Notes: generated by a model not told the origin, from the sequence alone. 64,000 nt of DNA from an uncultured Nitrospinota bacterium (GCA_963707985.1 CAVPRW010000023.1:128001-192000); one strand, 5' to 3'; counted from the first letter of the stretch, positions 1 to 10,323 are shown. Translations and numbers: made by a program.

Positions 1-22
1 GGGTGAACCTTATGTTGGAATC

Positions 23-1210
23 TCAGTTCGTTGGGAGTGATTCAAATTTAGGAAGTGCCCCAGGGCTCCCGACTGCGATCAAACGAGCTAGAATTGGGAG
101 CAGCCCGGTCCGCTCTGGGTGATCGGCATATGCCCGGGCCACTGCCGTGCTAATTGCTTTTGTTGAACGGAAGTAACCGTAAAGGTACGGGCCATGTGGT
201 TTGTCGCTCCGGCCTAGCCAATCCAAAAAATCGATCCAGTCCTCGTCTAGGCTGTCTGGGACACGAATGGCTTCAAACAGCCCTTGAATCCCATATCTAT
301 CGTCTGCCTCGCCTATCAGCGTACGAAGTTGGTTAGATAGCACGGATGGTCTGTCAGATCGTCCTCTGAGGCTATTAAGTGCCGCGCTGGCGCACCAAGT
401 CCGAGCCGGCCCCTGCGGCAATACCTGAAAAAGGGACCAAAGTCGCTCGAAGGCTTGCTGGCTGCGCCTTGACTCGACGTTCAGGACTGTTGCGACAGCG
501 AAGGGAAAGCCCGTCCTACCGATTTGTGCATCAAAGGGCCACCGACCACCCGAGAGGTAGATCAGGTCCTCATCGGAAATACCGGACTGCTGCCAGCGCT
601 GCTCAGCGCAGATCCAGTCCTCTAAACTACCCATCTCTCCCCGCTCTGCTCGCTCGGCCATGCGCAGCAGATCGGCTGCTGTCTGACCCGCAGCTATGCA
701 GGCTGCAAGGGGCCACGAGCCCTCCAAGTATAGGTGTCTCCGTAATGATGGATTCCAACTCGTGCTCAATGTGCGAAGCTCAGCCGCCAGAGTATCTGCT
801 CCTGGTTGGTTGGCAAACCGGAGCGAGGAAATGCAGGGCAACCACGCCAGTCCTGGGGAAGGCATGTCTTTCAGCGGAATTAAGTCGTCAGGGGCAGGTG
901 CCAGAGCGCTCACGACTGATAACCCCAGATTTCCAAAATTCATGCCAATGAATTTTTCACCTGGCCACCCACGGCCATGCGGCAAATTTCGGCTCAGTCG
1001 TGCTGCACGCCTATACCAAGCTGGTAGTGAGACATCGGTATCCAACTCCCTGGAAGGAACACGTACCAATTCCCGTCTCTCACGCGTCCAGTAGACGAAT
1101 TGATGTGGTCCTGTGTGCGGGGTGACCGCCACCATTTTCGGAAGTGCCCAAGAGCTTGTGGAGGCTGCTTGCAGGATGTCCAGTTGCTGGTCAAGATCTT
1201 GTGGCCAGCT
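23..1210 (-). pseudogene. C-terminal part of a large defence-type (STAND/NACHT-like) protein, out of frame with its N-terminal part
   Basis: The frame of ORF 23..1135 stays open upstream of the listed start (..WPQDLDQQLDILQAASTSSWALPKMVAV..) to about 1210, where it meets the 994..2010 frame. Helical, W/L-rich sequence. Confidence 0.45.
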
Positions 1211-2010
1211 GGTTTGAGGATCTGGCTGGCGTGCTGCAGCAGGTCCGCCAGCAGACCAGGTCCTGGCCTCGCTCGCATGTCATCGTGCATCGGTGGATCG
1301 ACCATAGGGTTATCTGCGGCTGGTAAATCCACGAACACTCGGGCGAGCGGGATGCGGTCATCACTGGTGTGTCCCGCTTGCTCTAGCCGCGAATACAGGT
1401 CGGTCCGAAGCTCAACCTGGAGAAACCGAGACACGATCAATTCGAAATCCGGCTGCTGCCCCTGGAGTTGGCGCATGACTTCGGCCAGTACATCCCCAGT
1501 GCCAATGAAAGGCAGATATCGGTGACGAATCGCCTCCTGCCCATCGAGCAGTGAGCGCAGATGATCGTAGTCCCAGATGCTATACCCCCGGTAACCGATC
1601 TCCGCCTGTCGTTGGGCAAGGAGCGCAAGGGCACGGTCTTTCGAACCGCTGTCTTGTACTGGCGTGAGCACTACGTTGGTGACCAGTAGGTAATATTCTG
1701 GACGGGGCAACTTGCGTTTAGGATCAACAAACTTATCCAGATCTTTCTTAAGGTGGTCGAGCAGCCAGGCATCGTCTTTGTGCGGATCGCCCGCTGGGCG
1801 CTGGCGGAACTTGGCCTGGATCACCAAATAACCCTCCCATGGGTCGGCGACAGAGGGGTAGGCCATCCGGCCACGGAAAATTGCCTCGCGGCCACCGTCA
1901 GGACCATCGCCAAAGGGAGTAACGCCTGGGGAAATCACAGCCAGTGCAAGCGCCTGAACTAAATGCTCAAACTCGCGGGGGTTAAGACCGCTGAGGTTAT
2001 AGTCGCCCAT
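1205..2010 (-). pseudogene. N-terminal restriction-endonuclease-like (PD-(D/E)xK, Mrr-type) domain plus pre-NACHT linker; NTPase core absent
   Basis: MGDYNLSGLNPREFEHLVQAL..FGDGPDGGREA..VIQAKF is typical of REase-NACHT fusions. The linker LEQAGH..IPLARVFVDL normally precedes the Walker A, which is missing here. GGAGG RBS upstream. Confidence 0.6.
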
Positions 2011-2133
2011 GGTCCCTCCGAGTACATAGGTCCTCTACCCTGTAATGCTCCCTGTGTTTCAAGTGGCTAGGAAGGGAGGAATGCGCCTACTGCAGTATGA
2101 GAAGGAGATAACGCACAGGACCACCTTTTACTT

Positions 2134-2382
2134 CTACGGGTATGCCTTGGTCGGCATTTCAATATAGCGATCGGGTGCTTCCATGTTTTGATGGATTGCG
2201 AAGAAATGCTGTTCAATCTTTTTGAGCACGGCAGCATCGTAATAGACCATGCCACAGTTGCGGCAAATCTCCACGGGCGTGTTAGGAACCAGCAAGTACT
2301 TCCCCTGATGGCTATAAAGGTATTCGATCCGGCGTTCCTCATACTGGTCACTGCCACAGAAATTACAGGCTACGACCCTCAT
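2134..2382 (-). CDS. YgiT/MqsA-type zinc-finger protein (putative antitoxin)
   Basis: CNFCG..LLVPNTPVEICRNCG motifs; ATGA overlap with the upstream DUF4258 gene. Confidence 0.85.
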   Translation of the reverse strand: MRVVACNFCGSDQYEERRIEYLYSHQGKYLLVPNTPVEICRNCGMVYYDAAVLKKIEQHFFAIHQNMEAPDRYIEMPTKAYP

Positions 2383-2687
2383 TGACTCTCTCCTCGTGTC
2401 CACGGATCAACAAATTGTGGTGGACCCGGAATATACATAGTGATGAGCACGACCTTGTCTCCACGCCAACCACAGACCGCATGAACAGGAATATCTTGTG
2501 AAAAACCCACCACCAAACAACTTTCGCCACGGCCGGTGTCAGGATATTGCTCCAGAATTGCTCCGGTCAGGAGGGCGTCTTCAACCTGAGCAAGGGTCAA
2601 ATCATCTGCTCTGCGCTCAAGATCAGCGTGGTGAGAGTAAATATACTCATTCGCACGCACTTTGGCTTTAATCTCTTCTATATCCAT
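2379..2687 (-). CDS. DUF4258 family protein (putative toxin)
   Basis: MDIEEIK..YSHHADLERRAD..ILEQYPDTGRGESCLVVG..HAVC..ITMYIP; the usual partner of a YgiT finger. Confidence 0.85.
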   Translation of the reverse strand: MDIEEIKAKVRANEYIYSHHADLERRADDLTLAQVEDALLTGAILEQYPDTGRGESCLVVGFSQDIPVHAVCGWRGDKVVLITMYIPGPPQFVDPWTRGESQ

Positions 2688-2714
2688 GGCTCTATAGCGC
2701 TTGAGTGCTAGAAG

Positions 2715-2740
2715 GTCTAACGGACCAAAGCTGCACCACA
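2715..2740 (-). other. Possible right half (R' box GTTAGAC) of an attC site upstream of the DUF4258/YgiT pair
   Basis: Minus strand reads GCAGCTTTGGTCC-GTTAGAC just before the DUF4258 start; no matching left arm found. Confidence 0.3.
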
Positions 2741-3058
2741 GAAGCCCGCCAGCAGCCACCGCCACCATGGTACGCCCGAAAAACTTCCACGCTCCTTTAC
2801 GACGGAAGAGTACGGCGGCTGCCAACCCCACACCCCCCGCGCCCGCGCCGCCTCAGGCGTGATGCCGCTGGGCGGCAATAAGTTGGGCATAAGACCCATT
2901 GGCCGAGACCAGGTCGGCATGGAGCCCCCTGGCAATAGCCAGGTCCCTCACGCCAGCGCTCCACAAATTCACTGCCAAGATCCGCATAGTTGCCCAGTAA
3001 AGGGTCTCGGATTGCTTGGCAATCTCCTGTCCCCTGGCCTTCCCACGCGTGCAGGCTT

Positions 3059-3322
3059 TCAGTGTTGGCAGCCCCTGGAGGCGCTATCCAGCACGACTGC
3101 GGCGAAGCTGGCGTAGGCCTGCCAGTGCCAGTTGCTACCGTGGCGCGTGGCCTTACGGAAGAGCCAGGGTCCCAGGAGCGCTAGCAGCGGAAACACGCCC
3201 ATTAGCACCGCCACCGGCGGATCCAGCAACCACAAATAGACGAGGAGGCCGATGGCCACGAGGCTAGCGATACGCCACCGCACACCAGCGGTCAGCGCCA
3301 GTAGCTCCCGGCTCCAATGCAT
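3059..3322 (-). pseudogene. Internally deleted remnant of an ABC transporter permease/ATPase (CydC/D-like)
   Basis: MHWSRELLALTAGVRWRIASLVAIGLL is joined directly to a later TM segment (LDPPVAVL..WQAYASFAAVVLDS) and then stops. Confidence 0.45.
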
Positions 3323-3531
3323 AACCACCTCCTGCAACATATTGCTCGGTTGACGGATACGCCTGAGCGCTGTAACAACAGCCCATCAGGATCCCTCGAG
3401 TGGCCCATGACACGCCGCGAGCATACTACGCTCGGAGTCGTGCATCAAGCCGGCATGTTGCACACCACATTGGATACCGCTATACGCAACTCACTGATTA
3501 TCGAGAAACTCCCCGGCAGTTAAGCACACCT

Positions 3532-3682
3532 ATGCAGTTCGGAGCCCACTATCTGCCGACGTATCTCCCTGAACTCGATGGGCCAGCGCCGGAATTCTAC
3601 GGCAGTATGATCCAACAGATAGAGCTGCTGGATCGCGTGGGGTTCCACCAGAATCTGGGTGACCGAGCACCATTTCCATTAA
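3532..3682 (+). pseudogene. 5' fragment of an LLM-class flavin-dependent oxidoreductase
   Basis: MQFGAHYLPTYLPELDG..LDRVGF, then frameshifted IWVTEHHF and a stop; truncated by the adjacent IS remnant. Confidence 0.7.
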
Positions 3683-3689
3683 GATGGTG

Positions 3690-4131
3690 GCACGATTCCC
3701 GATCCAGCTGCGATACGTATAGTTGGAAGGAGGACAGAAGCGCAATGCGGTGCCGATCGCACGAGGACGTCGGGTTGGTCGGGGGCCTTGGATTGGGTCG
3801 CACAGGAGGGGGTGTGGGATGCGTCACCTCTTGCTCACACAGAACACCATGCGGTTTGTGTGTCAGGCCAGCAAACGGTTGAGGCGTTTGCGAGTGTTTG
3901 CGCCGGGGTTTGACGAACACAGCCTGGGCTGGCCTTTGTGGTATCACCGTGCATCCGCTTGGCCTAATGTAGTGAAGCATAACACATCACCACAGGAGCC
4001 CCAAGACCACCAGGTGATAGAAGAAAAGGTGCGGCATCATGACATGGCCCCCTTACACAGTGGTGTAACGGGGGCATTGTATCAGGTTTCCGGGGTGGAG
4101 CAATTGTCCGCAGACTATAGGTACACGACCC
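3690..4131 (-). mobile_element. Degenerate 5' end of an IS1-like element
   Basis: Decayed ORF MMPHLFFYHLVVLGLLW*..PFAGLTHKPH..LCEQE..PPPVRP..FCP..YRSWIG; hairpin at 4047-4075; the end abuts the attC R' box. Confidence 0.5.
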
Positions 4132-4132
4132 A

Positions 4133-4186
4133 GGCTAACGATTGGCCGTTCAGCGGCAGCCCGTCCGCCGCAACAGCTTGTTGGCC
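4133..4186 (-). other. attC site (integron cassette recombination site)
   Basis: GGCCAAC-aagctg-TTGCGGCGGAC-gggc-TGCCGCTGAA-cggccaatc-GTTAGCC: R''/L''/L'/R' imperfect palindrome just after a stop codon. Confidence 0.75.
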
Positions 4187-4191
4187 GGCAC

Positions 4192-4275
4192 TCAGATGCA
4201 TTTGCGTTGCCTGAAGGTGTGACGTCCTTCGTGGTCAGGTCGAACCATTCGCCCTTCTTCCTTGGATCGTGGAGG
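4192..4275 (-). pseudogene. 3' remnant of a GIY-YIG/T5orf172 (MUG113-like) nuclease gene
   Basis: Translates as ..RKKGEWFDLTTKDV/TFRQRKCI*, the GEWF motif and typical C-terminus, directly before the attC. Confidence 0.5.
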
Positions 4276-4313
4276 GCGAGGACCGCCGTCGCGGGAGAAG
4301 TTGCGATGCGCGC

Positions 4314-7048
4314 TCACACTGCGCGTACCCACGCGAGTGCGAGCTCCGAGACCGCCACGGGCGCGATCGTGTCGTCGCCGGGATACTCGGCGCGAACCTC
4401 ACCCATCATCGCAACGAGCCGCGCGTTCGCCGCCTGGCGACCGATCTCGAACGCCCGCCGCGCCTCCGCGATGTCGACCCGTGGCGGCCCCTGCGTGGCC
4501 TCGGTCACGTGCTCGACGAGCTCGGGCTTCGACTTGGCCACGTCGCCCCCGACGGGGACGACGAACGACGCGAGCTCCCGCCGAAGCACGAGTGACTGCG
4601 TGCCCTCGGTGCGCGCGACCTGAAGCTCGAACAGCTGCCACGTTCCCTGCCCCGGGCGCGCCCATCCGAGGTGCTTCGCCGGCACATCGAGCGACGCGAC
4701 GGCCGAAAAATCGCGGTATTGCACGTGTTGCACCATCGCCTCGAACACGGGGTCTCCAAAACGGAGCAGGCGCGCGCCCTTCTGCGCGACCTCCTTGTCG
4801 ACCGTCGCATTCCCCACCTTCTCGGTCGATACGCTCCCCGCAACGGCCTATGGATCCCGCTTCTGCCGCTCGGCAGCCAGCTCGGCAAGCTTCTGCGAAG
4901 GCTTGAAAGAGAAGCGCTTTTCCCCCTCGTCGCGGTAGCCGAGCCGTGCGTTCTCGCAGTATTGCTTGACGAAGAACTCGAGGTGATCGCTCGTGACTCG
5001 GGATTGGACCTTGTTGTAGTCGTCCAGGTTGAAAAGAGGGAGGCCCTTGAACATCCCGGTCATCTCGGGGTTCCCCATGATCTCCTCGAGGTGCTTCGCC
5101 TTCTCGTCGATGGTGTTCTTGACTCTCTCTTCGCCCTCTTTGATGGCAATCTCGTGGAGATCTTCCAGCGAGAGCCCTTCCACCGCGGCTTGCCCCAGCA
5201 CGTCGCCGAGGAGGTCTTCCCTGCCTTCGCCCGTCGCCTGGGCGAGCGCGTCCACCACGTCAACGAGCTTCCTCTCGAGGTATTCGTAGACCTTGTTGTC
5301 GGCGTACGCGTCGCTGTCGGTATCGACCTTGAGGTTGTACACGACGACGGGTTTGGTCTGCCCGTAGCGGTAGACGCGCCCGATCCGCTGCTGGAGCACG
5401 TTCGGGTTCCACGGGAGATCGTAGTTCACGATCGTGTGGCACCGCCGCTGCAAGTTGAGCCCCTCGCCGCCCGCCGCCGTGGAGACGATGAAGCGCGGCT
5501 GGTCCTCCTCGTTGAACCTCCGCACGACCTCTTTCCGCTCGTCGAACTTCTTCGAGCCGTGGATGGTCTCCACGCTTTCCTTGCCGAACAACCGCGTGAG
5601 GGAATTCGTCAGCACGTCCTGCGTCGCACGGTATTCGGTGAAGATGAGCACCTTCACGTCGGGCGTACTCTTGACGAGATTCCGGAGCCCGCGCGAGAAC
5701 CCGTCGAGCTTCGAATCGGGGCCAGGCAATGCCTCGAGGCGAGCGAGGAGCCCGGCAACGAGCTTCTCCTCGCCGCGGATCAGGCTCTGTTTCCCCTTCT
5801 TCGCGCCCTCCACGGCGGCCGCTGCGTTCTCGTCCGGCATCTCGCCGTCCCCGCCTTCGGGTTCACTCTGGGTTCCCCGCAACACGTTGATCCGTCGCTC
5901 CATCGCCGACTTCAGCGCCTCACGTGATGACGAGGCGAGCTTACCGAAGGTAACCATCAAGAAGCCCACCGCCGGCCGGTCCTTTTTGTCGAGCTTGCCG
6001 GCCTCGTCGTACCCGTGCTTCAGGTAGCTCTTCACCTCCTCAGCGAACGCGACCTCGGCCTCCGTGGGCCGAAACTCGAGGATCGTCGACGCGATGCCGT
6101 GGAAGATCTTGTTGCCCTTCGCGTCCGTCACCAGGTGCTTCCGGTTCCGGATGATCATCTTCGCGAGCGGCAAGTCCGGGAGACCCGTCAAGCGCTTGGT
6201 CGGCCTGTCGACGAGATCCGGTCGCAGGAGATGGAGCATGTTGCAGAAGTGATCGTGGTTGCCCGAATATGGCGTCGCGGTCAGGAAGATCGTGTTCTTG
6301 GACTTCTTCTTCTCACGCAGGTCCTTGGCGAGCTCGTACGTCAGAACACTTGGGCGCGTAAGGTGATGCGCTTCGTCGAAGATGACGAGATCCCAAGGGT
6401 GAGCGTCCAGCGCCGCCTTCTTAGGACCGCGAGAGCTTCAACGTGTCGATCGACGCGACCACCTGGTCGAACGTCTCCAGTTCGTTCACGTTGTCGCGGT
6501 GGAAGATGTTGAATACGCGCCCGAACCGCGCATTGAGCTCGACCTGCCACTGACGCACGAGCCCCGCCGGAGCGACGACCAAGCAGCGGAGCGCGCCGCC
6601 GGCGCGGTGGCGCATGACCTCGAGGATCATGCCGGCCTCGATGGTCTTGCCGAGGCCAACGTCATCGGCGATGAGCCAATGGCGGCCGCCGTCCTCGGCG
6701 GGCGGGCTCGTGAGCACACGGTTCGTGACGACGACCTGGTGCGGCAGCATGTCGAACGGCTGGTTCGTGATTTCGCCGGTCTGCTCGTGGCGGGCCTCGA
6801 ACCAGCGGCCGAGAACCCGTAGCTGGAACGGCACCGTGGCGCCTGGCCCTGCGCTCGCGAGCTGGCTGGCCAAATCCTCGACGATGCGAAGTTGCGCCTC
6901 GGTGTAATACACGAGGACCGCGGTCGCCGCTCCAGACGACGGATGCCATTCGGACGTCCGCAACCTCCTTGACGAAATCGACGACACCGACCCCGAGCGA
7001 CGCATCGCTCACGTGCTCGACCCGATCTCCTGCCTTCAACGCAGCCAT
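4314..7048 (-). pseudogene. SNF2/RapA-like (DrmD-like) helicase, about 910 aa, with two frameshifts (about 6920 and 6430) and an in-frame TAG at 4848-4850
   Basis: Motifs LIADDVGLGKT, VIFDEAHH, LTATP, VLIFTEY, STAAGGEGLNLQ and YDLPWNPNVLQQRIGRVYRYGQ lie across ORFs 6662..7048, 6421..7005, 4848..6239 and 4314..4817. Confidence 0.85.
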
Positions 7049-7803
7049 CCGATGCCTCCTTGTGCCTCGCGGCGATAGCGGAGCCCGAGGCGGCCAAGTT
7101 CCACGTGTCGCGACGGGATCTCCGCCCCTCCGAGCAGGTGCTTGGCCGCCTCACGGAGCACCCCGTCGAAGATGTCTTTCTGCTTTCGCGCGGCCTCCGC
7201 GAGCGCGGCGCCGAGACCCGGAGGCGCGCCCTCCCACCAAGGGCCGCGCGGGTGACACGCGTATACGGCGCCGGCGATGCGGACGGTCTCCTTCGCATCG
7301 ACGATGTCGGCCGGAAGCTCGAGGCTCGCGGCGAGGTCGGCCCTCAGCTGGTAAGGCTCGCGATCGTCCTTGAGATCTTCCCAGCCCTCGGGCGGTCTCC
7401 CGATGACGAGCTGTAGAAACACGTCAAGCGCCAACAGCCACGGCACATCGTCGGATCGCCGATCCTTCCCGGCATTCGCGCGCGCGTGGAGGTTCACGGC
7501 GTCGACGAGCGCCCTTTCCGACACGCCCTGAGGGTTGACGACGGCCAGTGCGATCTTCCCGATCTCGCTTTCGACATCGTAGACGCGGAGCGACGTCCCC
7601 TGCATGGAGTAGGGATGCGGAACGACGATCATCCCGTGCTGGTCGAGCGTGCTAAGCAGATCCCGTGCGATCCCCTCCGTCAGGCGGCCGATGCCGAACC
7701 GCTCGCGGAGCGTATCCCTCTGCATCGTGAGGAAGCCGCCATGCTCGCCCACGTCGCGCTTCAGGCCCACTGCCGCCTCGTTCCAATCAATCGTCTTCTC
7801 CAT
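7036..7803 (-). CDS. Hypothetical protein (255 aa), middle gene of the PLD-helicase operon
   Basis: Intact ORF MEKTIDWNEAA.. overlapping both neighbours; GGAGG RBS. Confidence 0.75.
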   Translation of the reverse strand: MEKTIDWNEAAVGLKRDVGEHGGFLTMQRDTLRERFGIGRLTEGIARDLLSTLDQHGMIVVPHPYSMQGTSLRVYDVESEIGKIALAVVNPQGVSERALVDAVNLHARANAGKDRRSDDVPWLLALDVFLQLVIGRPPEGWEDLKDDREPYQLRADLAASLELPADIVDAKETVRIAGAVYACHPRGPWWEGAPPGLGAALAEAARKQKDIFDGVLREAAKHLLGGAEIPSRHVELGRLGLRYRREAQGGIGWLR

Positions 7804-9402
7804 CGGTGCCTCCGTCCTCATCCACGTGGAGTAACTCTTCCATCGTCACGATGGCGAAGTCGTCCGCTTTGCCGACGAGCTCGTTCACTTCGGCCGTCAC
7901 CTTCTCGAAGCCGACGCGCTCGTCCTCCCACCGGGCGGTGACGTCGAGGAGGTGGAGGGCGAGGGCACCGCTCGGCTCCTCACCCTCCTCCAAGCGGCGT
8001 TTGGCGATCCGTGCAGCGAGCTCGCGCCCCACGAAGGAACGGAAGCGTCGGGGCCAGACGCCCGTGCGGTACGTCGCGGCGAACGTCGATTGCACCAGGT
8101 CGACGAAGAATGAGCGTGCGACGACGCGGAGGTCGAGGTCCGACGCCAGCGCCTGGCGTTGGGTGCGGAACCCGACGGCGCGCGCGACGAGCTCCGGTGT
8201 CCGGTCGGCAAGCTGGGCGCCAAAATAAACAAGCAACTCGGCTCGGAGATCGCCCTCGCGCCCTGGCTTGGCAAGGCCGTCGCTCTTGAGGTCGGCGACG
8301 ATCGCGTCGACTTCGCGCTCGATGCCAGCACCGTCGAGCTCGCGGTGACGCCGCGCGGCGGCCGCGCGGATGGCCTCCATCGAGATCCCAGCGTCTTGGA
8401 CCTTGGCCGCCGCCTGTTGAAAAAGATCCCAGTAGGCCGTCGGCATCCATAGCCCGAAGCACGGGAGGTTCAGCGTGAGCTTGCCGAGGATGCTCCGCGT
8501 CCTGCGGGCGTCCTTACGCAGCCGCTCATCCTCCTCGTCCGGGAGGAGCCGCACGCCATACCCCGCAGAGACGGTCTTCTCGGTCGCGCGCCCAATCTTC
8601 TTCTTCGCCTTGCGATCGATCAGACCGAGGTGCTCGAGCTGCTCCCCGGGCGTCCGGATCACCAGCACATCGAGCCCGCGACGGCCGCGTCCGACGATGC
8701 TACCGGCCCGGAGCCAATCGCCAACGAACGTGTCGATCGGGACGTCCAGTGGCGGCGGGTCGGGGAACGTCCAGGGCAGTAGCAGTAGTTTGGGTTTAGT
8801 TGTTCCATCCGGGGGCAAAACGGGGGGACGGGTGTCCTTGAGGTTTTCTGCCAATACCAGCAGTTCGGCGGCGTCGCGGCGCGTACCGCCGAGGTTCGAC
8901 GCGAAGCGCTGGAACGCTAGGCTCACTTCCGGCTCGCCGAGGAGGTTCACCCAGAGGCCAAGCTCGTGGTTTTGCGCGAAAGCCTTCTCGGTCAGGTTTG
9001 CGGAGCCGACCAAAAGGGTGGCGGTCCCGTCTGGGAGCTTAGCGAACACCGCTTTCGCGTGCAGCAGCCCCGCATGCTCAGGGACGACGCGAACCTCAAG
9101 CTTATTTGGGAACGCCTTCACCAAGCTCGCGAGCTTCTCGAAGACGTCCGAGGCGTTGAAGTGCTGCCGGTCGAGCGCGCGGACGAGCGTCCCCTGGCCG
9201 CCCGCATCAAGACACGTCCGCATTGCCGGCTCAAGCAGGGCGATGCCGTCCGAGGTGGCGAACGCGGTGACGAGCACGAAGTGCTCCGCGCTCGCGATGT
9301 CGCGGTGAACGCGCTCGAGGAAGGCTCCGCGCTCGCGATGTCGCGGTGAACGCGCTCGAGGAAGGCTCCGCGCTCGTTGGGTGTGAGGAGCTGCACGTTC
9401 AT
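7787..9402 (-). pseudogene. Phospholipase D-family (HKD) nuclease with a long C-terminal extension, frameshifted by a 41-bp tandem duplication near the 5' end
   Basis: LHAKAVF..LLVGSANLT..NHELG motif. Removing one repeat unit gives the continuous MNVQLLTPNERGAFLERVHRDIASAEHFVLVTAFATSDG. Confidence 0.8.
9283..9376. repeat. 41-bp tandem duplication (2 copies plus 12 bp)
   Basis: gctccgcgctcgcgatgtcgcggtgaacgcgctcgaggaag at 9283 and 9324; the 12-bp gctccgcgctcg recurs at 9365. Confidence 0.95.
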
Positions 9403-9633
9403 GTCGACGTCCTTAACAGAAAAACGTTTGGTTGGCCCAATCCGGCGTCGCCCCAATGCCGGTTACGTATGTAGATCGTGGCACAGCGCCTCGTCCGCCC
9501 AGCGCCAGCCGTCGCCTGCACGCTTTTGTTCGGCCATGATGCCCCGGAAGGCTACCGACGAGCAAAACCCCCGGGCGTGTACGACCCGGTACCTGGTTCA
9601 CGACATTCTGTAGCGGAGGCAGCGAGGGACACG

Positions 9634-9805
9634 CTAGAGCGCTGATCAATTCATACGTCGCGTCAGCGCTACTCTTCGGAAAAAACGCAAGTAACACACA
9701 GTCAGTCTCTCGGCAGGAAAAGGCCGCCTTGCTATAGAAGTCTGCAATTTACTAATTTTTCTGATTATCCACAGCAGGTACCAAAGTCATTGATCAGCGC
9801 TCTAG
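9634..9805. mobile_element. MITE-like element, 172 bp with perfect 17-bp terminal inverted repeats
   Basis: ctagagcgctgatcaat (9634-9650) and attgatcagcgctctag (9789-9805); AT-richer non-coding interior; CTAG at both ends. Confidence 0.7.
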
Positions 9806-9808
9806 GGA

Positions 9809-10024
9809 TTACCTCACCGATGAATGCCGTTTGCTGAGGGTCTCCAGATGCTGCTTGGCAGCCACGAGCAACTCTTCATCCTCCATCTCCCAAATGGCCT
9901 CGTTAGTTGGCCCTTTCGCTAGATAGGAGAGATTTGCGAGCAATTGGCCGAAGCGAACCTCAGGACAGGAGGCACTCAGGTCCGCTAACACGCGCAGAAT
10001 CTCTTGTCGGACTGGATACATCAT
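9809..10024 (-). CDS. Small helical hypothetical protein (71 aa), partner of the ParB/Srx-like gene
   Basis: MMYPVRQEILRVL..PEVRFGQLLANL..EDEELL; ATGA coupling with the upstream gene. Confidence 0.7.
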   Translation of the reverse strand: MMYPVRQEILRVLADLSASCPEVRFGQLLANLSYLAKGPTNEAIWEMEDEELLVAAKQHLETLSKRHSSVR

Positions 10025-10323
10025 GGTAATTGTTCTCCAACAGTGGGCAAATGACCGCATGGGGCCGTAAGGTCACCTATCACTTCGACGCGCACAGGCG
10101 TTCCCGGTAACAGGGTAGCTACCCGCGTAGCTCTAGTTACCCCATCATAGATCATGAGCGCGCCATCGGACCCGCGATAGACCCATAACGTCGACAGCCC
10201 CTCAACGGAGGCCCCATAGGCGGCAATCTGGCGCTGTAATTTGACGGGATCTGCGCCAGAGGCTCGGGACGGCGGCAGATGCAAGGTTCTCGGATCGACC
10301 TCGAGGTATTCAGCCTCACTCAT
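10021..10323 (-). CDS. Stand-alone ParB/Sulfiredoxin-like domain protein (100 aa)
   Basis: VDPRTLHLPPSR..LMIYDGVTRATRV..VRVEVI matches the ParB/Srx DGxxR core. Confidence 0.65.
   Translation of the reverse strand: MSEAEYLEVDPRTLHLPPSRASGADPVKLQRQIAAYGASVEGLSTLWVYRGSDGALMIYDGVTRATRVATLLPGTPVRVEVIGDLTAPCGHLPTVGEQLP

Noticed and set aside
1..22. Possible start of another attC (TTCCAAC..) after the stop of ORF 23..1135
   Set aside because: It is cut by the window edge, so the palindrome cannot be evaluated.
4671..5927. Long plus-strand ORF (418 aa) and similar antisense ORFs such as 32257..33378 and 47767..48795
   Set aside because: These are shadow frames of GC-rich genes on the opposite strand, with no motifs.
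9283..9376. Direct repeats as a mini CRISPR array
   Set aside because: The units are contiguous with no spacers, lie inside a coding region, and no cas genes are present.
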